From the NCBI RefSeq assembly GCF_033153115.1, contig NW_026889803.1, forward strand, positions 27,342,001-27,406,000: DNA of 64,000 nt, in the 5' to 3' direction. Every line of letters starts with the position of its first letter. Within the stretch, counting starts at the first letter, position 1. The notes under the pieces are model-generated. The model worked only from the letters and a program-made list of their open reading frames with translations, had not been told where the DNA came from and did no database searches. The translations under genes were made by a program, and so were the position numbers. Positions 13,953 through 27,700 of this stretch are shown here, piece after piece. Origin of the DNA: Saccostrea echinata (taxonomy: Eukaryota).

Positions 13953-16399
13953 ATTGAAGTCTGATTAATCACATCCACTTCGTTTTTGTCTGTAGTAATT
14001 CCTGTTTCATCTACATATTAAATAAAAGAAAAAAAAACATGTCTGCATTATCAAGTCTCTTCTTCAAACTAAATCTTCAGGATGTTTACACAACAGAAGA
14101 TTTAAAGCCCTTTGTTTGTCCAGACCTAGAGGATCATTGCTTAAAAGCATGAATTTATGACACATGTGTGCAAAGAATAATACATGTATTTAGCAATAAT
14201 TTGGATATGCATAATACACACTGTTCCAGTTTAATTAATGTACAAGAAATGCTGACTGATTTCTGGTTCAATGTTATCTGACCACTGAAGCATAGAGTCT
14301 GGAGATGCTATCACTAAAGTCACTTTTCGATTACCATTGAAAAGTATATATATGATCAAATCAAAAGCTCAACATTTTTCTCAGGTTTTCTTTATGTAAA
14401 CTTAATAGACAGCCATGCCTCAAGGTAAGAAAAGATGAGTACATTTTCTGTCTGAATTAATTACTATGAAAGTTAAAATGGACAGAGATGACTGACAATA
14501 ACATATTACTTTGTTTTCAAATTAAAAAAAAAAAACTGTTTTGCAGATATATATACATTTTCAACAGTGACATTGTTATTTATCCATTAATGATATTTTC
14601 ACAGAGTAAATATAAATTTATAACAAAAATACTTCACTTTTCCAATTCCCTTCATGAGGAGTGTAAAAGAAGATACTCCCTATAAATAGCTAGAGTGAAC
14701 CAAAAAATCAAACATTTGCTGACCAAAAATGGCCAAATTATCTCCAAAATGTTGTTTAAATCCATTGTTTTCAACTTTTAATCTTACAACCGCTTAGCTT
14801 AGACATATTTCACAACAGTTAAGCTATGACATCTCAGCCTACACCACTATGAACAACTAAAAGCAAAAGGAGCAAAAGGACCCCTTTCCTAATGTACTAA
14901 ACAGAAAGCCAAATTGTTTTCTACCTGTAGTTGAATATGGAATTTATTTTACTTCTAAGTAGACACATATGTCTCTGTTCTAAGACAGGTTTTTTTTTTT
15001 AATAATTTTACCCATGCTTCACACTCATGAAAATATATATATATATATATATATAATAATCCAGTCCATGAAATAAATTCCATATCCAACAACAGCTAGA
15101 ACATTGAAAATAATCTCATTATTCCATTAAAAAAAATAGAACTCTCAAAATAATAAAATTTATCATCCTAATGATAAAGTATAAAAAATTAAAAAAAAAA
15201 ATACATTTGAGCGATTCTAATTAAAAAAGAAAAGGAAAAAAGAACATTTTTTCTTATGGATTACAGATATTTCTTCCTTGGCAGTTCACAAAGAAGACCC
15301 AAATGAAAATGTTTAATAAATCTAAATGTTTAACCTCAAAAGAAATTCTCTTAATTTTTTTCTTCTATTTATATAAAATTTAATTCTTTTAGTTTTATTA
15401 ATTAATACAGAATATTAATGCTAAAAAATGAGAATATGCTTTGATTTAGTTCAAGATCTTATAATTAAAGTACATGTACCTTACCACATTCATGGAATCA
15501 TGTTTAGTATTTTTACATCATGCAATCTAGAGGAGAGGGGGCGGGGTCCGGAGTTATTAAAAGTACATAGACTAGTAATGTTACTAAAAAAATGACCTTG
15601 GAAAAATTTCTGGATTGGGCTAATGTTCATGTTTTTGTTAAAACTATCACTAGCAAAACTTTTATATATAAAAAAATCTTTCATGCATGTAATTTTAGTT
15701 TGCCTGGCAAATTTCTTTCTGAGTCCTCTTCAGTTATTAATCATGTGGGCAAGTGAAATTTTAATCTGACAGTGTACATTTCATATTCAGTACACTCAGT
15801 ATAACTGACTGTTACAATTGGCAATCGATTATATTTTCCAATATAAGTTATTTGATATGTCAAGAAGTGCATACCATTTTTTCAATTTCTGTCTCACACA
15901 CAAACACCCATATATACAGTATTTTTACATACTGAAAGTACATGTTATTAATACATGCTTGTTTATTACATATTCACAATACACATGCTGCAATCGATCA
16001 CAATATATACTATTCTATACTTCCACATATACAAGTACATGTATATGAAATGTGCTGTATGTTTATTTAATTTCTGCAGCCATATACTTTAGTAATGAAT
16101 TCCGTGATGTGAACGGGAAGTGAAATAGACAACACGTTTATTTGATTGCATAAACAGGTGCGAAATTCAGAACCTTCTTCTAGCGGCGACATTATATGAA
16201 TTATGAATTTCTAATGCAGATTCATGTTTTCAAGGTATGGATTATGGTGAACTAACCTTAGAAACAAATAAATATTTCTTCTATATATCCATCTACAGCT
16301 CAACAGCACAGGTGACATTTCTGTTTGCTCTTCATGCGCAAGTCATTCTATAACCGGAAGCTAGTGAGCAGGTGCGAGAATCAAGAGTTGTCTGCTCCT

Positions 16400-16402
<3 letters not shown>

Positions 16403-16441
<39 letters not shown>

Positions 16442-16581
16442 ACAACAATCATCGTCACAAGCCACATGATTTGTGCCCATTCTATTCCATAAACATGCTG
16501 CTTGATGATATAAAGAATTTGATTTTTTTTTAATTTATCAGCTACAGTGTATCACTTTGGACTGACAAACAATTAAGCCAA

Positions 16582-16612
<31 letters not shown>
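16403..16612. repeat. (CT)n and (AAAT)n microsatellites
   Basis: (CT)~17 at 16403-16436 and (AAAT)~8 at 16581-16612. Confidence 0.9.
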
Positions 16613-16615
<3 letters not shown>

Positions 16616-16723
16616 TTTAAAAACAATTAATAAATGTAGTGAGTTGTGAAAGTTGAATAGATGAAAAATGTGACAATACTGTTAGTTTATAAACTGTGTG
16701 AACCTTTCTTTGTACGAATTGAT

Positions 16724-16967
16724 CATGGCCGTAGGAACGGGGGGGGGGGGCACAGGGGGCGTGCCCCCCCAATAATATTGCCGATATATAGATTACTATA
16801 GAAAACAGAGCTACTATATGCTTGTGCCCCCTCAATGAAAACATCTGATGACCTTTTTTTTTTTTTTTTTTTGCTTGTCAAGGACATTTTGGTTGAAAGC
16901 GCCCCCTCTGCTGAAAATGTATGGCTGTGCCCCCCCCCCCCAACTGAAATTGCTTCCTACGGGCCTG
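16724..16967. mobile_element. GC-rich MITE with a 5-bp TSD (hAT5-like)
   Basis: TTGAT|CATGGCCGTAGGAA...TTCCTACGGGCCTG|TTGAT. Same family as 23085-23266. Confidence 0.75.
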
Positions 16968-17351
16968 TTGATATCATACGGTACGGGGGGGGGGTACCGG
17001 AAAAAATGTTCTGCCATAAAATAAGAGAGGAATATACCCCCAGTTCCAACCCCAAAATTTAAAAGTTTGATTTTCCTGAAATAGTTTATTTGATTTCCTT
17101 CTTCGGTCTTTTCTTTCTTTCATGGATATGAACGATATACATGTATTGTGTTGTCATTTGTAATGTTTAGAGAAAAGTGTAATAACAAGTACTAAGGCTG
17201 TGTACTATGGAATTCCAAATACGACAGCCAACTGCTTACTGCCAACTGCTCACTGCTTACTGCCAACTGCTCACTGCTTACTGCCAACTGCCACACATAT
17301 TTGAATAAATTTTCATATTTATATTGATATTTATGTGAATTTTCATAAAAC

Positions 17352-17724
17352 CAGTCGCGGGTCCAGGATTTTTTTTACAGGAGGGGCCCACCCAAGTAAA
17401 AAAAAAATCCAACAAAGAAATTTCTTGACAAAAAAAGAACAAAAACAAAAAAAAAACGTAAACTCCTCTTCTAAACGTGAAAAACCTATTTCGGCGGGGG
17501 GTGGGGGGGGGGAAAGGGAGGGGGATTGACATCTTATGCTTCATATCTATGACTTTTCATATCAACTTAACACGGATCCGCGTTTTCTAGGGGTGGGTAG
17601 GTTTCCAAGGTCACTTTTAGTTGTTTTAGTATAGGTCTATACATTAAATAACTCTACAAATTCCAGGGGGTGGTCTGGAACCCCCCTTCCCAACGACCCC
17701 CCCCCCCCTCTAGATCTATGTATG
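17352..17724 (+). mobile_element. hAT-like MITE with a 6-bp TSD nested in the left foldback arm
   Basis: TAAAAC|CAGTCGCGGGTCCAGG...CTAGATCTATGTATG|TAAAAC. Mirror copy at 20587-20915; relatives at 38790-38979 and 39611-39953. Confidence 0.75.
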
Positions 17725-19557
17725 TAAAACATAACTTATTTGGGAAAACAAAGAGATATTAATCTTTAATTTGAAAAAATATTTCACTATAGAAATTAAC
17801 GGAAAATGGAAATTTATTTTCAAAACATCTTCCCCCGCGAAACAACAGTTCCTTTTTTTCAGTTTTTATTTATTCCAAAGGTTTTGTTGTTTCACGGGGG
17901 GGGGGGGGGGGGAGGGGGGAGACACGTGTTAAAGATTAAATTAAAAACGGGCAAATAGTCATTTTATTACCAATTTTAAATGAGACCACAAATAAAAAAT
18001 GTACTTTATCACTTTATCAATCTCATATGTTAAATTTTACATAAGTTAAAACATACGGTGAGATTCAAGAGTCATTTATCCCTTATCATTTTCATGAGTA
18101 TTTGAAAATGGTGACGTTTTCAGCCTGATTTCAATTAATAAAATTTTCTACCCCCTTATGAAAGGAGTTGTAAATAAGAACAATTAACTTTTTGTCACTG
18201 GTTTTTAAAATTAGTACTTAATACTAATGAACTTTTCTTTGCATTCAAACAAGTTTTTATGTCCAAATTGCCATTTATATTGAATTAAATGGATGGAAAA
18301 TGTAGGCGGGAATCGAGAGTTGGTGTGCATAGTTCTTACAATAATAACAAAATTTGGCGGATTTAGGAATTTTTAAACTGTAAAGGCGAGGAAGGAGTAA
18401 ATCGGAAGAAGGGGTGTTTCCTCTTAAAAACAAAACATTTAATTTCTGCATTTCGTTGCAGGCAAATAATTTGATACCTTTTTTTTTTATTGACGCGGGT
18501 AAGGGGGAGGGGGGTCACATACGACAAAAGAACAAACTTTTAAAAGGGTCTTGAGTAACATTTGTTGGTATATGTATTTATAATAGAAATATTACTGAAA
18601 GTTATAATAACAAATAACTTTTGCCTAGTTTAAAATATCGAGTAATATCTTTCGGATTTTCTTTTTACCCTAGAAAAAGTACCTATTATGGGAATTTTTA
18701 TATGTGTCTTATGTAAATCGTTTTAATGGCTAATGTTCGATCTGTTAGATCTGTAAAAAACATTCGTGGTGGTGGTGGTTGTAGGGAGGGGGGGGGGGGC
18801 GTAACCACTAAATTTCCAACATATACTATATACAGTAGTTCTCCCTTACGGAAGCGTATTAGTGCCACGTAATGTTTTTTTTAAAGTTGGTAATTCCAAC
18901 TTTAAAGTTGGAAAAGCCAAGATTTAAGCACCGCCTTCAAAAATACCTGGTCTGTGTAACCCTGTCAATCAAGTGCATTAAGGTACATCATTGGATGCTA
19001 GAACTTGATTGACATTTACTTACTAGTCCCTGTGTATACCCTGTACAACTTGTTTGGCACTCGTGGTGACCTTCAAATTAACTTTTGATCCTTTGATATT
19101 TACCACACATGGTACAATAGAGAAGCTGTATTACTATGGAATTTTTAGCTTGATAATATATATACAAACACCTTATTTGAAATGATTATGATATTCTTTA
19201 TGATAATACTAGTATATATCAAAATTTGGTATAACTTTTATTGAAAGATCAACAAATACTTTGAATAATAATATTTTTTTTAATGGGTGGGGAGTCTTTG
19301 ACAAACATTAATGAAAATTATTGAGATTAACCTTTATTTACTACTTTTTATTTCTAATTTAAAATCATCTAAAAATCCCAACACAGGTAAAGTTTGACTT
19401 CTTGGGTATATTTTACTGTGTATTAAATCACTTCCTGTGTATAGGGATTAGGAGACAAACAACCACAGGTAGACTGCTTGCCCTCAGGGCATTCACACCT
19501 GTACAAAACAAGCCCCTCCCTCACCTGGAATTTACCACCCGGTAAAAAATCTCTGCC

Positions 19558-19683
19558 TTTAAAGTTGGAAAAGCCAACTTTAAAGTTGGAAAAGCCAACT
19601 TTAAAGTTGGAATTTTCAACTTTAAAGTTGGAATTTCCAATTTTAAAGTTGGAAAAGCCAACTTTAAAGTTGGAATTACCAAC
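19558..19683. repeat. Six copies of a 21-bp self-complementary repeat
   Basis: Units of TTTAAAGTTGGAAAAGCCAAC. About 2 units also occur at 18880-18920. Confidence 0.9.
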
Positions 19684-20586
19684 TTTAAAAAAAAACATTA
19701 CGTGGCACTAATACGCTTCCGTAAGGGAGAACTAATGTATATAGTATATGTTGGAAATTTAGTGTTTACGCCCCCCCCCCAACCACCACCACCACGAATG
19801 TTTTTTACAGATCTAACAGGTCGAACATTAGCCATTAAGACACATATAAAAATTCCCACACATAGGTACTTTTCCTAGGGTAAAAAGAAAATCCAAAAGT
19901 TATTACTCGATGTTTTAAACTAGGCAAAAGTTATTTGTTATTATAACTTTCAGTAATATTTCTATTATAAATACATATACCAACAAATGTTACTCAAGAC
20001 CCTTTTAAAAGTTTGTTCTTTTGTCGTATGTGACCCCCCCCCCCTTACCCGCGTCAAAAATTTGCCTGCAACAAAATGCAGAAATTAAATGTTTTGTTTT
20101 TAAGAGGAAACACCCCTTCTTCCGATTTACTCCTTCCTCGCACTTACAGTTTAAAAATTCCTAAATCCGCCAAATTTTGTTATTATTGTAAGAACTACGC
20201 ACACCAACTCTCGATTCCCGCCTTCATGAAAATGAAAATGGATAAATGACTTAAATCTCACCGTATGTTTTAACATTTGTAAGATTTAACATATGAGATT
20301 GATAAAGTGATAAAGTACATTTTTTATTTGTTATCTCATTTGAAATTGGTAATAAAATGACTATTTTCCTGTTTTTAATCTTCAAAAACACGTGCCCCCC
20401 CCCCCCCCCCGTGAGACAACAAAACCTTTGGAATGAATAAAAACTGAAAAAAGGGATCTGTTGTTTCGCGGGGAAGATGTTTTGAAAATAAATTTCCATT
20501 TTCCGTTAATTTCTATAGTGAAATATTTTCTCAAATTAAAGATCTATATCTCTTTGTCTTTGTTTTCCCAAATAAGTTATGTTTTA

Positions 20587-20915
20587 CATACACGGATCTA
20601 GAGGGGGGGGGGTCCGGACCACCCCCTGGAATTTGTAGAGTTATTAAATGTATATACTAAACCAACTAAAAGCCACGGTGACCTTGGACCCCCCCCCCCT
20701 CCTAGAAAACGTGGATCCGTGTTAAGTTGATATGAAAAGTCATAGATATGAAGCATAAGATGTCAACCCCTCCCCTTCCCCCGCCGAAATAGGTTTTTTA
20801 CGTTTTTGTTTGTTTGTTTTGTTTTGTTTTGTTTTTTTTGTCAAGAAATTTCTTTGTTGGATTTTTTTTATTGGGGTGAACCCCTCCTGTAAAAAAAATC
20901 CTGGATCCGCGCCTG
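20587..20915 (-). mobile_element. Mirror copy of the 6-bp-TSD MITE in the right foldback arm
   Basis: GTTTTA|CATACACGGATCTAG...CTGGATCCGCGCCTG|GTTTTA. Confidence 0.75.
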
Positions 20916-21069
20916 GTTTTATGAAAATTCACATAAATATCAATATAAATATGAAAATTTATTCAAATATGTGTGGCAGTTGGCAGTAAGCAGTGAGCAG
21001 TTGGCAGTAAGCAGTGAGCAGTTGGCAGTAAGCAGTTGGCTGTCGTATATGGAATTCCATAGTGTACAT

Positions 21070-21103
<34 letters not shown>

Positions 21104-21706
21104 GTGGCTTGATTTTTTTTTAATCAAAATCTGAAAGTTAAATGAACAAATACGTATGTGGCTTGTTCAAAAAATTAGAAGCAAAAACAAATTATTCCAT
21201 CTTATAAATATATTCTTTAGCACCTTATTTGGTCTCGAATTAACAATATCTAAGGGATCTATACGAATTATATACAGTCCAGTACAATAATGTACCACAT
21301 TACATGCTTGATCAGTGTTGCAGACATGTATATACAAAGAGAAGGTATATCCTTCCTCAAGCGATATTAATCCACATAAGGAAAAATCTCACTGAATGGA
21401 GATTTTTTTCTAAAGTAGATCTATATTTTTTTTTAGGAAGTTTGATATAGTTTTCTATTTTCTTTAAATAGATTCAACAGTCTATATAGTTGCACCATTT
21501 TATTAAATATCCGACTTTTATATCACGTGTCCCAGTACAGACAAGCTATCGCAAAAATCGATTTGATTATAGAGTGTAACAGCTGGCTTAAAACAAGGAG
21601 CAATGATGGACTTTTCCACGATGATTTAGAATAATGCACATACTTATCCACCATTGGACAAACACGTCGTGTTTTTAGTAGACTTTTGTAATATTTTTGT
21701 TCATAC

Positions 21707-24700
21707 ATGATGTTTTCAGTATTTTGGAGTATACTTTTCTTCTGCGTTTCTATAGTACACTCTGTCCACAAAGATGAAGGTAAGATATCATCTCTTTTTA
21801 ACTTAACAGGGCATTCACTTGTGAGATTTTGTAACGCGAATGTATGCAACGGGAAGACATGATGGTATAAAATGTTCATCTGCATGAACTACTAGTATCT
21901 ACTCTGCTATAGTTATTTTAAAACAAGTCTATTTTTATCTCCTCTTCTCGTTAATACTAAATCTAGTATATACTGAATACGTGACGGGTGTATTTAAAGT
22001 TTAGGTGGATCCGTTTTGGTTTGTTCCTTTAATTTAAGGACACTCAGAAAAGGGTAATAGGACATGTTTGACGTGGTTATGCTATTATACACTTTTTCAA
22101 TGGGGTTTGGAAGTCTTTTCTAAACCTTCTCTCTTCGCATGTAGTCATCCGGCCTGTAAAGCGTTGTAGAAAAAGAAATCGGGGGTTTAAGAAGATCGTT
22201 TGACTTTCAATGACTAGTTTGTCTTTCTCAGTCACATTGAACTAAGATTTAACAAAGCGCATTGTTGAAATAAATCCCTTGCATGTAGAAAGTAACCATT
22301 CAAGGAGGAGATGTTAAAACACTCGGCATATCCCTCGGCATAACACTCGGTCACACGTTCTTTTAAACTGATTAAAATCAATATTCAATTGACACTGAGT
22401 ATACTAAAAATTATTTATTGAGTCAAATACTCGACAGTTGAAGGTTGATTGATCAATGAAAACAATAAGAACACGACCTGATGAAGGATATCTGCAGGGA
22501 TAACTTTTTTTTTAAAACTTAAGAAGATCGATTTGATCGATAACAGATGTTGCCTTCATGTATGAATGTTGTCTTTTTCATTAATTTAAGTAGAAAAACA
22601 TTCCGTAATTTTTTTTTATTTTATCACCAGTTGCTGAAAATATCGATGAAAATGATGTTAATATGCAGCTCTACATGCCGTTAATTTAAAATTGAAAAAG
22701 AATAATTTATATATATGACGGGTTTTGAAGAGTGTCTAGATGACTTGATCTAAATTATTTAATTTTTTTCTAAATGAATATAATATAAAGTTATTTGTTA
22801 GAGAGAATGCAACTCAGATGCATAATTTTTAGTTCTAGATCGCTTTAATGGGAACATCGGGGTTCATTACTCATATAAAATGGCGCTGTAAGTATAAAGG
22901 TCGCTGTCATTACACATGCTCCTGGGCATGACACAGTCTATTACTAATAACGTGAAAGATGTTATCAAAATCTGTTACCAGAACGAAAACTGTTACTAAT
23001 TGGTATTTGTAGACATTTGAGATTAAACATAGAATCAATCTTTCACCCCCACTCCCTCCCCACCCTTCCTTCCTTCTTTTTTAACATGGTCGTAGGAACC
23101 GGGAGCACGGGGGGTGGGGAGCGTACCCCCCCGGTGCCCCCTCAGTAATAACGTCTGATGAGCCTTTTTTTATTTTACTTGTCAAGGAATTTTCGCTTGA
23201 TAGTGCCCCCAACTGAAAAATGTTTGGTTCCCCCTCCCAACTGAAATCGCTTCCTATATGGGCCTGTTTAATGCGAATCAAAGTATTTAAGAGATATTTA
23301 AAACGGAAAAAAAATATTTTGGTTCATTCCTCATTGTTTTATAAATTGTATAACAATCTTCATTGGACTTGCATCTCAGGCTTTACTGGGATGGGGGTTG
23401 GGAGTGCAAGTAAGTAAACTATCGATGGTGATAGAATACTACTAATTTATCAGACCAGCATAGAATTAAAACCAGACTGGAATTCCTATTCAATCTACCC
23501 ATCAACCCTAACCCACCCCCTCCCTACACTCATATCCTAACAAGTTCAATATTTCGCATCATGGTTAATAATAGCTGCAAAAAAGTTAATTGGGCGGGGG
23601 GGGGGGGTACATATAAAATCGGAGAGGGCTGCATGACAGCTAAAGATAAATAAATTTCGTTTAAAATGTGTTAAAAGATGAATTTGATATCGATATCCAA
23701 AGGTTGATGCAGTCAAACAAGATATAAATAAATAAATAGTTTATATTACACTTGGAAGGTTAGGATATTGTATGACAAGACTAAAAACCGCACCAACCTT
23801 AGCAATAGAATTTATCTCTAAATATGGTAAAAAGTATCACATTTAAATTGTAAAGATCTGCGCCTAAACACGTTTCTTTTTCTGTAGCACAATGTCATCC
23901 AGAAGAGGTCCACATTACTTTTGGCGACAAAGTATCAGATGTCGTGGTCATGTGGTCAACAGTTGGTAATTGTTCCACTTCGTTAGAATATGGTCCCGGA
24001 CCGTGGGGATTATCACATACAGCCAGTGGGGATACCAAACTGTTTACAGAAACAAACCCCAACGGAAAACATTTCCTCCACAGGGTTGAGGTTAAGGTAG
24101 GTGATGTAGGTGTTTATATATGGACCTTACAATTTTGCGGGATCCGTGAAATTTTCATCAATATAATCATTCTAGTGTCCTTTCTGACATATTTTATTTC
24201 TTAAATAAAATCTGCAACATGACGACATGTTGCAGATTTTATTTAAGAAATATAATATGTCAGAAAGGACACTAGTAGATGTAGATGATGAGATAGTGTT
24301 CAAAAATGTGATGAGATATGTTCAGAATCTCTGCTATACTCTAACACAGGACCTGGGTAGTTCCACGACATATTTCTACAGACCTATTAGTAACGGGATA
24401 AGCAGCGGACCATTTTACTTCAAGACGCCACCGTCGGGATATGTAAGTGTATTTTGATTTGTTTGAAAAGTTATCAATGAGTAGCATACAGTGCTATTTC
24501 AATTCTGAACAACTAGTATAAAAAATGTCTAAGAATGAAAAATCTGTAAAGCAATTTTCTCAGTTTTCATATTCACAAAAGAAAGGGTTCGTCAAAAGCT
24601 TGTAGAAAACTCCCCAGAAAACTCCTCAAAATATAGAGTTTTTTTCAGGACTGGAGTCCGGAGTTTTTGGTATATGGTGATTTGGGCGTGGAGTCTGATG

Positions 24701-27700
24701 CGATTCCCGCTTTGGAAACAGAGGCTTTATCAGGGAAATATACGTCAATTTTTCATGTTGGCGACTTTGCATACAATATGGAGGACGATGGAGGAAAAGT
24801 TAGCTTCTCTCTCTCTCTCGCTTTTTCATAAATATCAGACTTCATGGCTACTTTAGCATTTTTATAACTAATTTGAAAGCTATGCTTCCAGTTTAATTTG
24901 GTAAGGTTTTTTTTAATATATATTTAGCTTAATTTAAAGTTACTTTTCCGCTGTAATTTTGGACAAAGACTTTAATTGACGAAATTAATGTGGATTGATC
25001 TTGCATTTTCCCCATCAAAAAGAAATTGAATAATGATTTAAAATAGTTTAAGTACTATGTGGGACATGGAAACACTTCAATTCAAGCTTCTCTTAACTGC
25101 ACTTCTATAATATTGTTACTTGAAATAAACTTGCTGGTATTCCTGAATACTTTGTGAAATTCATAAACCTTATACCTTGTCAACTCATATTTTCATACGC
25201 ATTCAACTTATAATCTCTTTTTTCATCCCCATTTTCCATCTTGATTTAGCAAGTAAATGACACGCACAAAAATAACTCTTCCGTGGATTTGTGCGAAAAT
25301 AAGGTGAGAACAGACTTAATCATTTACTAGTGCGCATGTTCTACGGCGTAGAAATATTGGTTGCATGTGGCGCGGAACTGGGATGAAAATTTATATGTAC
25401 ATGAACTTCATATATGTATTATGTCTGCAAATAGAGAGATATTAGATAAACTTTGCATGTGTTTGTTGTTGAAATTTGATAGTTTATTAACAAAACAGAG
25501 ACTCTGTAATTTCGCAAAGAAATGATCAATTATATAGATTTGACTTTATGTAAACGAAATAATTTCTTATACTGCCAAGAATTTTTTTTAACACTCCCAT
25601 ATTTCGTGTAATTCAAAAAATCAAGTTTTGAGAGTGTAAAACTCCCACCCTCCCAAAGAGAGTCCTAAATCACTAAGATAAAATTTATGAAATACTATTA
25701 TCAAAAAATTTTATTTACAGAGAGGAGACACGTTTTTACGCTTAATAGAAGATTTTTCTTCAAGGGTGCAGTATCTGACTTCTCCTGGGAATCATGGTAA
25801 ATATTGTTTACTTGCCTAATTAACCCACTGGCGAATTTAGAGGGGGCACCCCCCCCCCTTTTTGTGACCAAAACTATACATGAGATTAATAAATCAATTC
25901 TTTGGTGTGGGATATTGCATTAAGTATACCTTAAAATATATAACGAAAATAAGTTCATAAAAAAACTGTTCCCAAAAAACTAAAACCTGAGAGTTTTCGG
26001 GGCCCGCACCCCGACCCCCAACTGGTTGGGTCCCCTTTTTCAAGAATCCTGGATCTCCATTGTAACCATGCAAAAAATGGAGCTACTTATATATGAAAAT
26101 ACATAGACTGACATAACAAAAAATGTTGATTGCTATGTTATATGCTTTGATTTTTTACAGAAATCGACCAAGGTAGTTTCGCTCATTACCGGTATCGTTT
26201 TTCTACACCTGGTACATCCTGGCCCATCCCACTGAACAAAATGTGGTACAGCATAGACATAGGACTCGTGCACTTTATCAGGTATTTCAAAATATTTCAG
26301 AATCAGAGGGAGTTTTTCAACTGTTTTCATTTAATTTCTTATGGATTGTGAATGTTACTAACCTCGGATTAATTTCAACGTCCCTTCTCTGGAAACTGAT
26401 CATCTCGGTTATTAGTTCTAGATTCCCTAATATGTCTTTTGTATATTTGATGCCAAGTATCGTAAAAAAAATCTTCATTCTTAGTTCTACTGGTCAAAGA
26501 CTCTGTGATGGTATTTTAAAGTGACCGTCGTTCAAGCTGTTTGTTTGTCTGTCTGCCTGTAAACAAACTCTCAGAACGCTACCCCTCCTACAACCTTGGT
26601 CTAAATTCAGTAAGACTTCGTACACAAGGAATCTGCACCAAGATACTTTTTTATGTGTTACTGTATCGGATTTGGATTTCGACCAAAAATAATTACACTG
26701 AATTAAAACAGAAAACTGTATGAAATTCTTAATAAATTATAAACATTTGTGTGAGATGTTTTCAAAATGTTTTAATCCCTCCTGCAGTTTAAGTCTGATT
26801 TCAATACTTGGTACAGAAGTAGACTACAATGAGATATCGGATTTTGATTTTTGATGAACGCCGGTGTTCCACAGGATACTGAAAAAAGAAATTTATGTGA
26901 AATTCTTTCAAAACACTAGTCCTCCATAGATTTTTGTTACGATTAAAAAGGATAAAACAAAAAACCGGTATACAACACGGTATATTATACTTTCATGTAA
27001 ATTAGTTGAATCTGATTCGTCGAGAAACATTTGTTATAAAACACCATTACCCGCTGAATAATGAAGACACGCCCTCTAGCGTAGCAACAGTCAACATTGC
27101 TTGACGACGGGTGTTATTCCAAAAAGATATTGACTGTGCAGAATTGATGCGCGGAAGGTTCACTGTAATATGTATTTGTATAAAACATTCAGTATAATAT
27201 ACTGCGCCTCGGTTGACAATGGTTTTCTTGGGGTGAAAATTGTCAGTGTTACACTAAACTACATGCAGTATTTATATAATACTACACTAAGGTACATGAT
27301 GATGTATATCGGTTTCTAATTACGATTGACAATTTTGCAATGGTTACTAAAAATAGAATAATGTATGAGAATCTTTCAAACTGCTCCTCCTTTACAGTTT
27401 TGGTCAATAAAATTTGGTACATATGTAGACTAAACCAGGGATCACTATTCTATTTATCGTTGTTGGCATGCATAGCTTCTTATTAGTGTGAAGTCCAGGT
27501 CCAGGTGCGACTTTTCTTTTTTCACTATTATAATTTTAAGTACTAATCAGTAGAACTACACTCTCTTCAGAGACGCATGGTTTCGGAAAATCAAATCTCA
27601 AAAAGAGATTTGAACTTCCTATACATCAAGTTCTCCACTTGAATATGATAATTTCAAGCAATATTTCTTCTCATGCGAACTATCAACAGAAAAAGTCATA

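Larger units (their letters stand above)
17204..21064. mobile_element. ~3.9-kb foldback element: ~1.7-kb and ~1.5-kb inverted arms around a ~640-bp spacer
   Basis: The left end ACTATGGAATTCCAAATACGACAGCC matches the reverse complement of the right end GGCTGTCGTATATGGAATTCCATAGTG. The arms align inward to 18841-18900 versus 19670-19730. 21-bp subterminal tandem repeats (CTGCCAACTGCTCACTGCTTA) occur at both ends, and the target is probably TA. Confidence 0.9.

Noticed and set aside
19423-19711. ORFs with (LKLEKPT)n / (NFKVGFS)n and an EGF-like YRCECPEG
   Set aside because: They are translations of the 21-bp palindromic repeat. The EGF-like snippet lacks the remaining cysteine spacing and a convincing exon.
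21523-21885. 120-aa minus-strand ORF
   Set aside because: It is antisense to the ACP7-like signal-peptide exon and has no recognisable domain.
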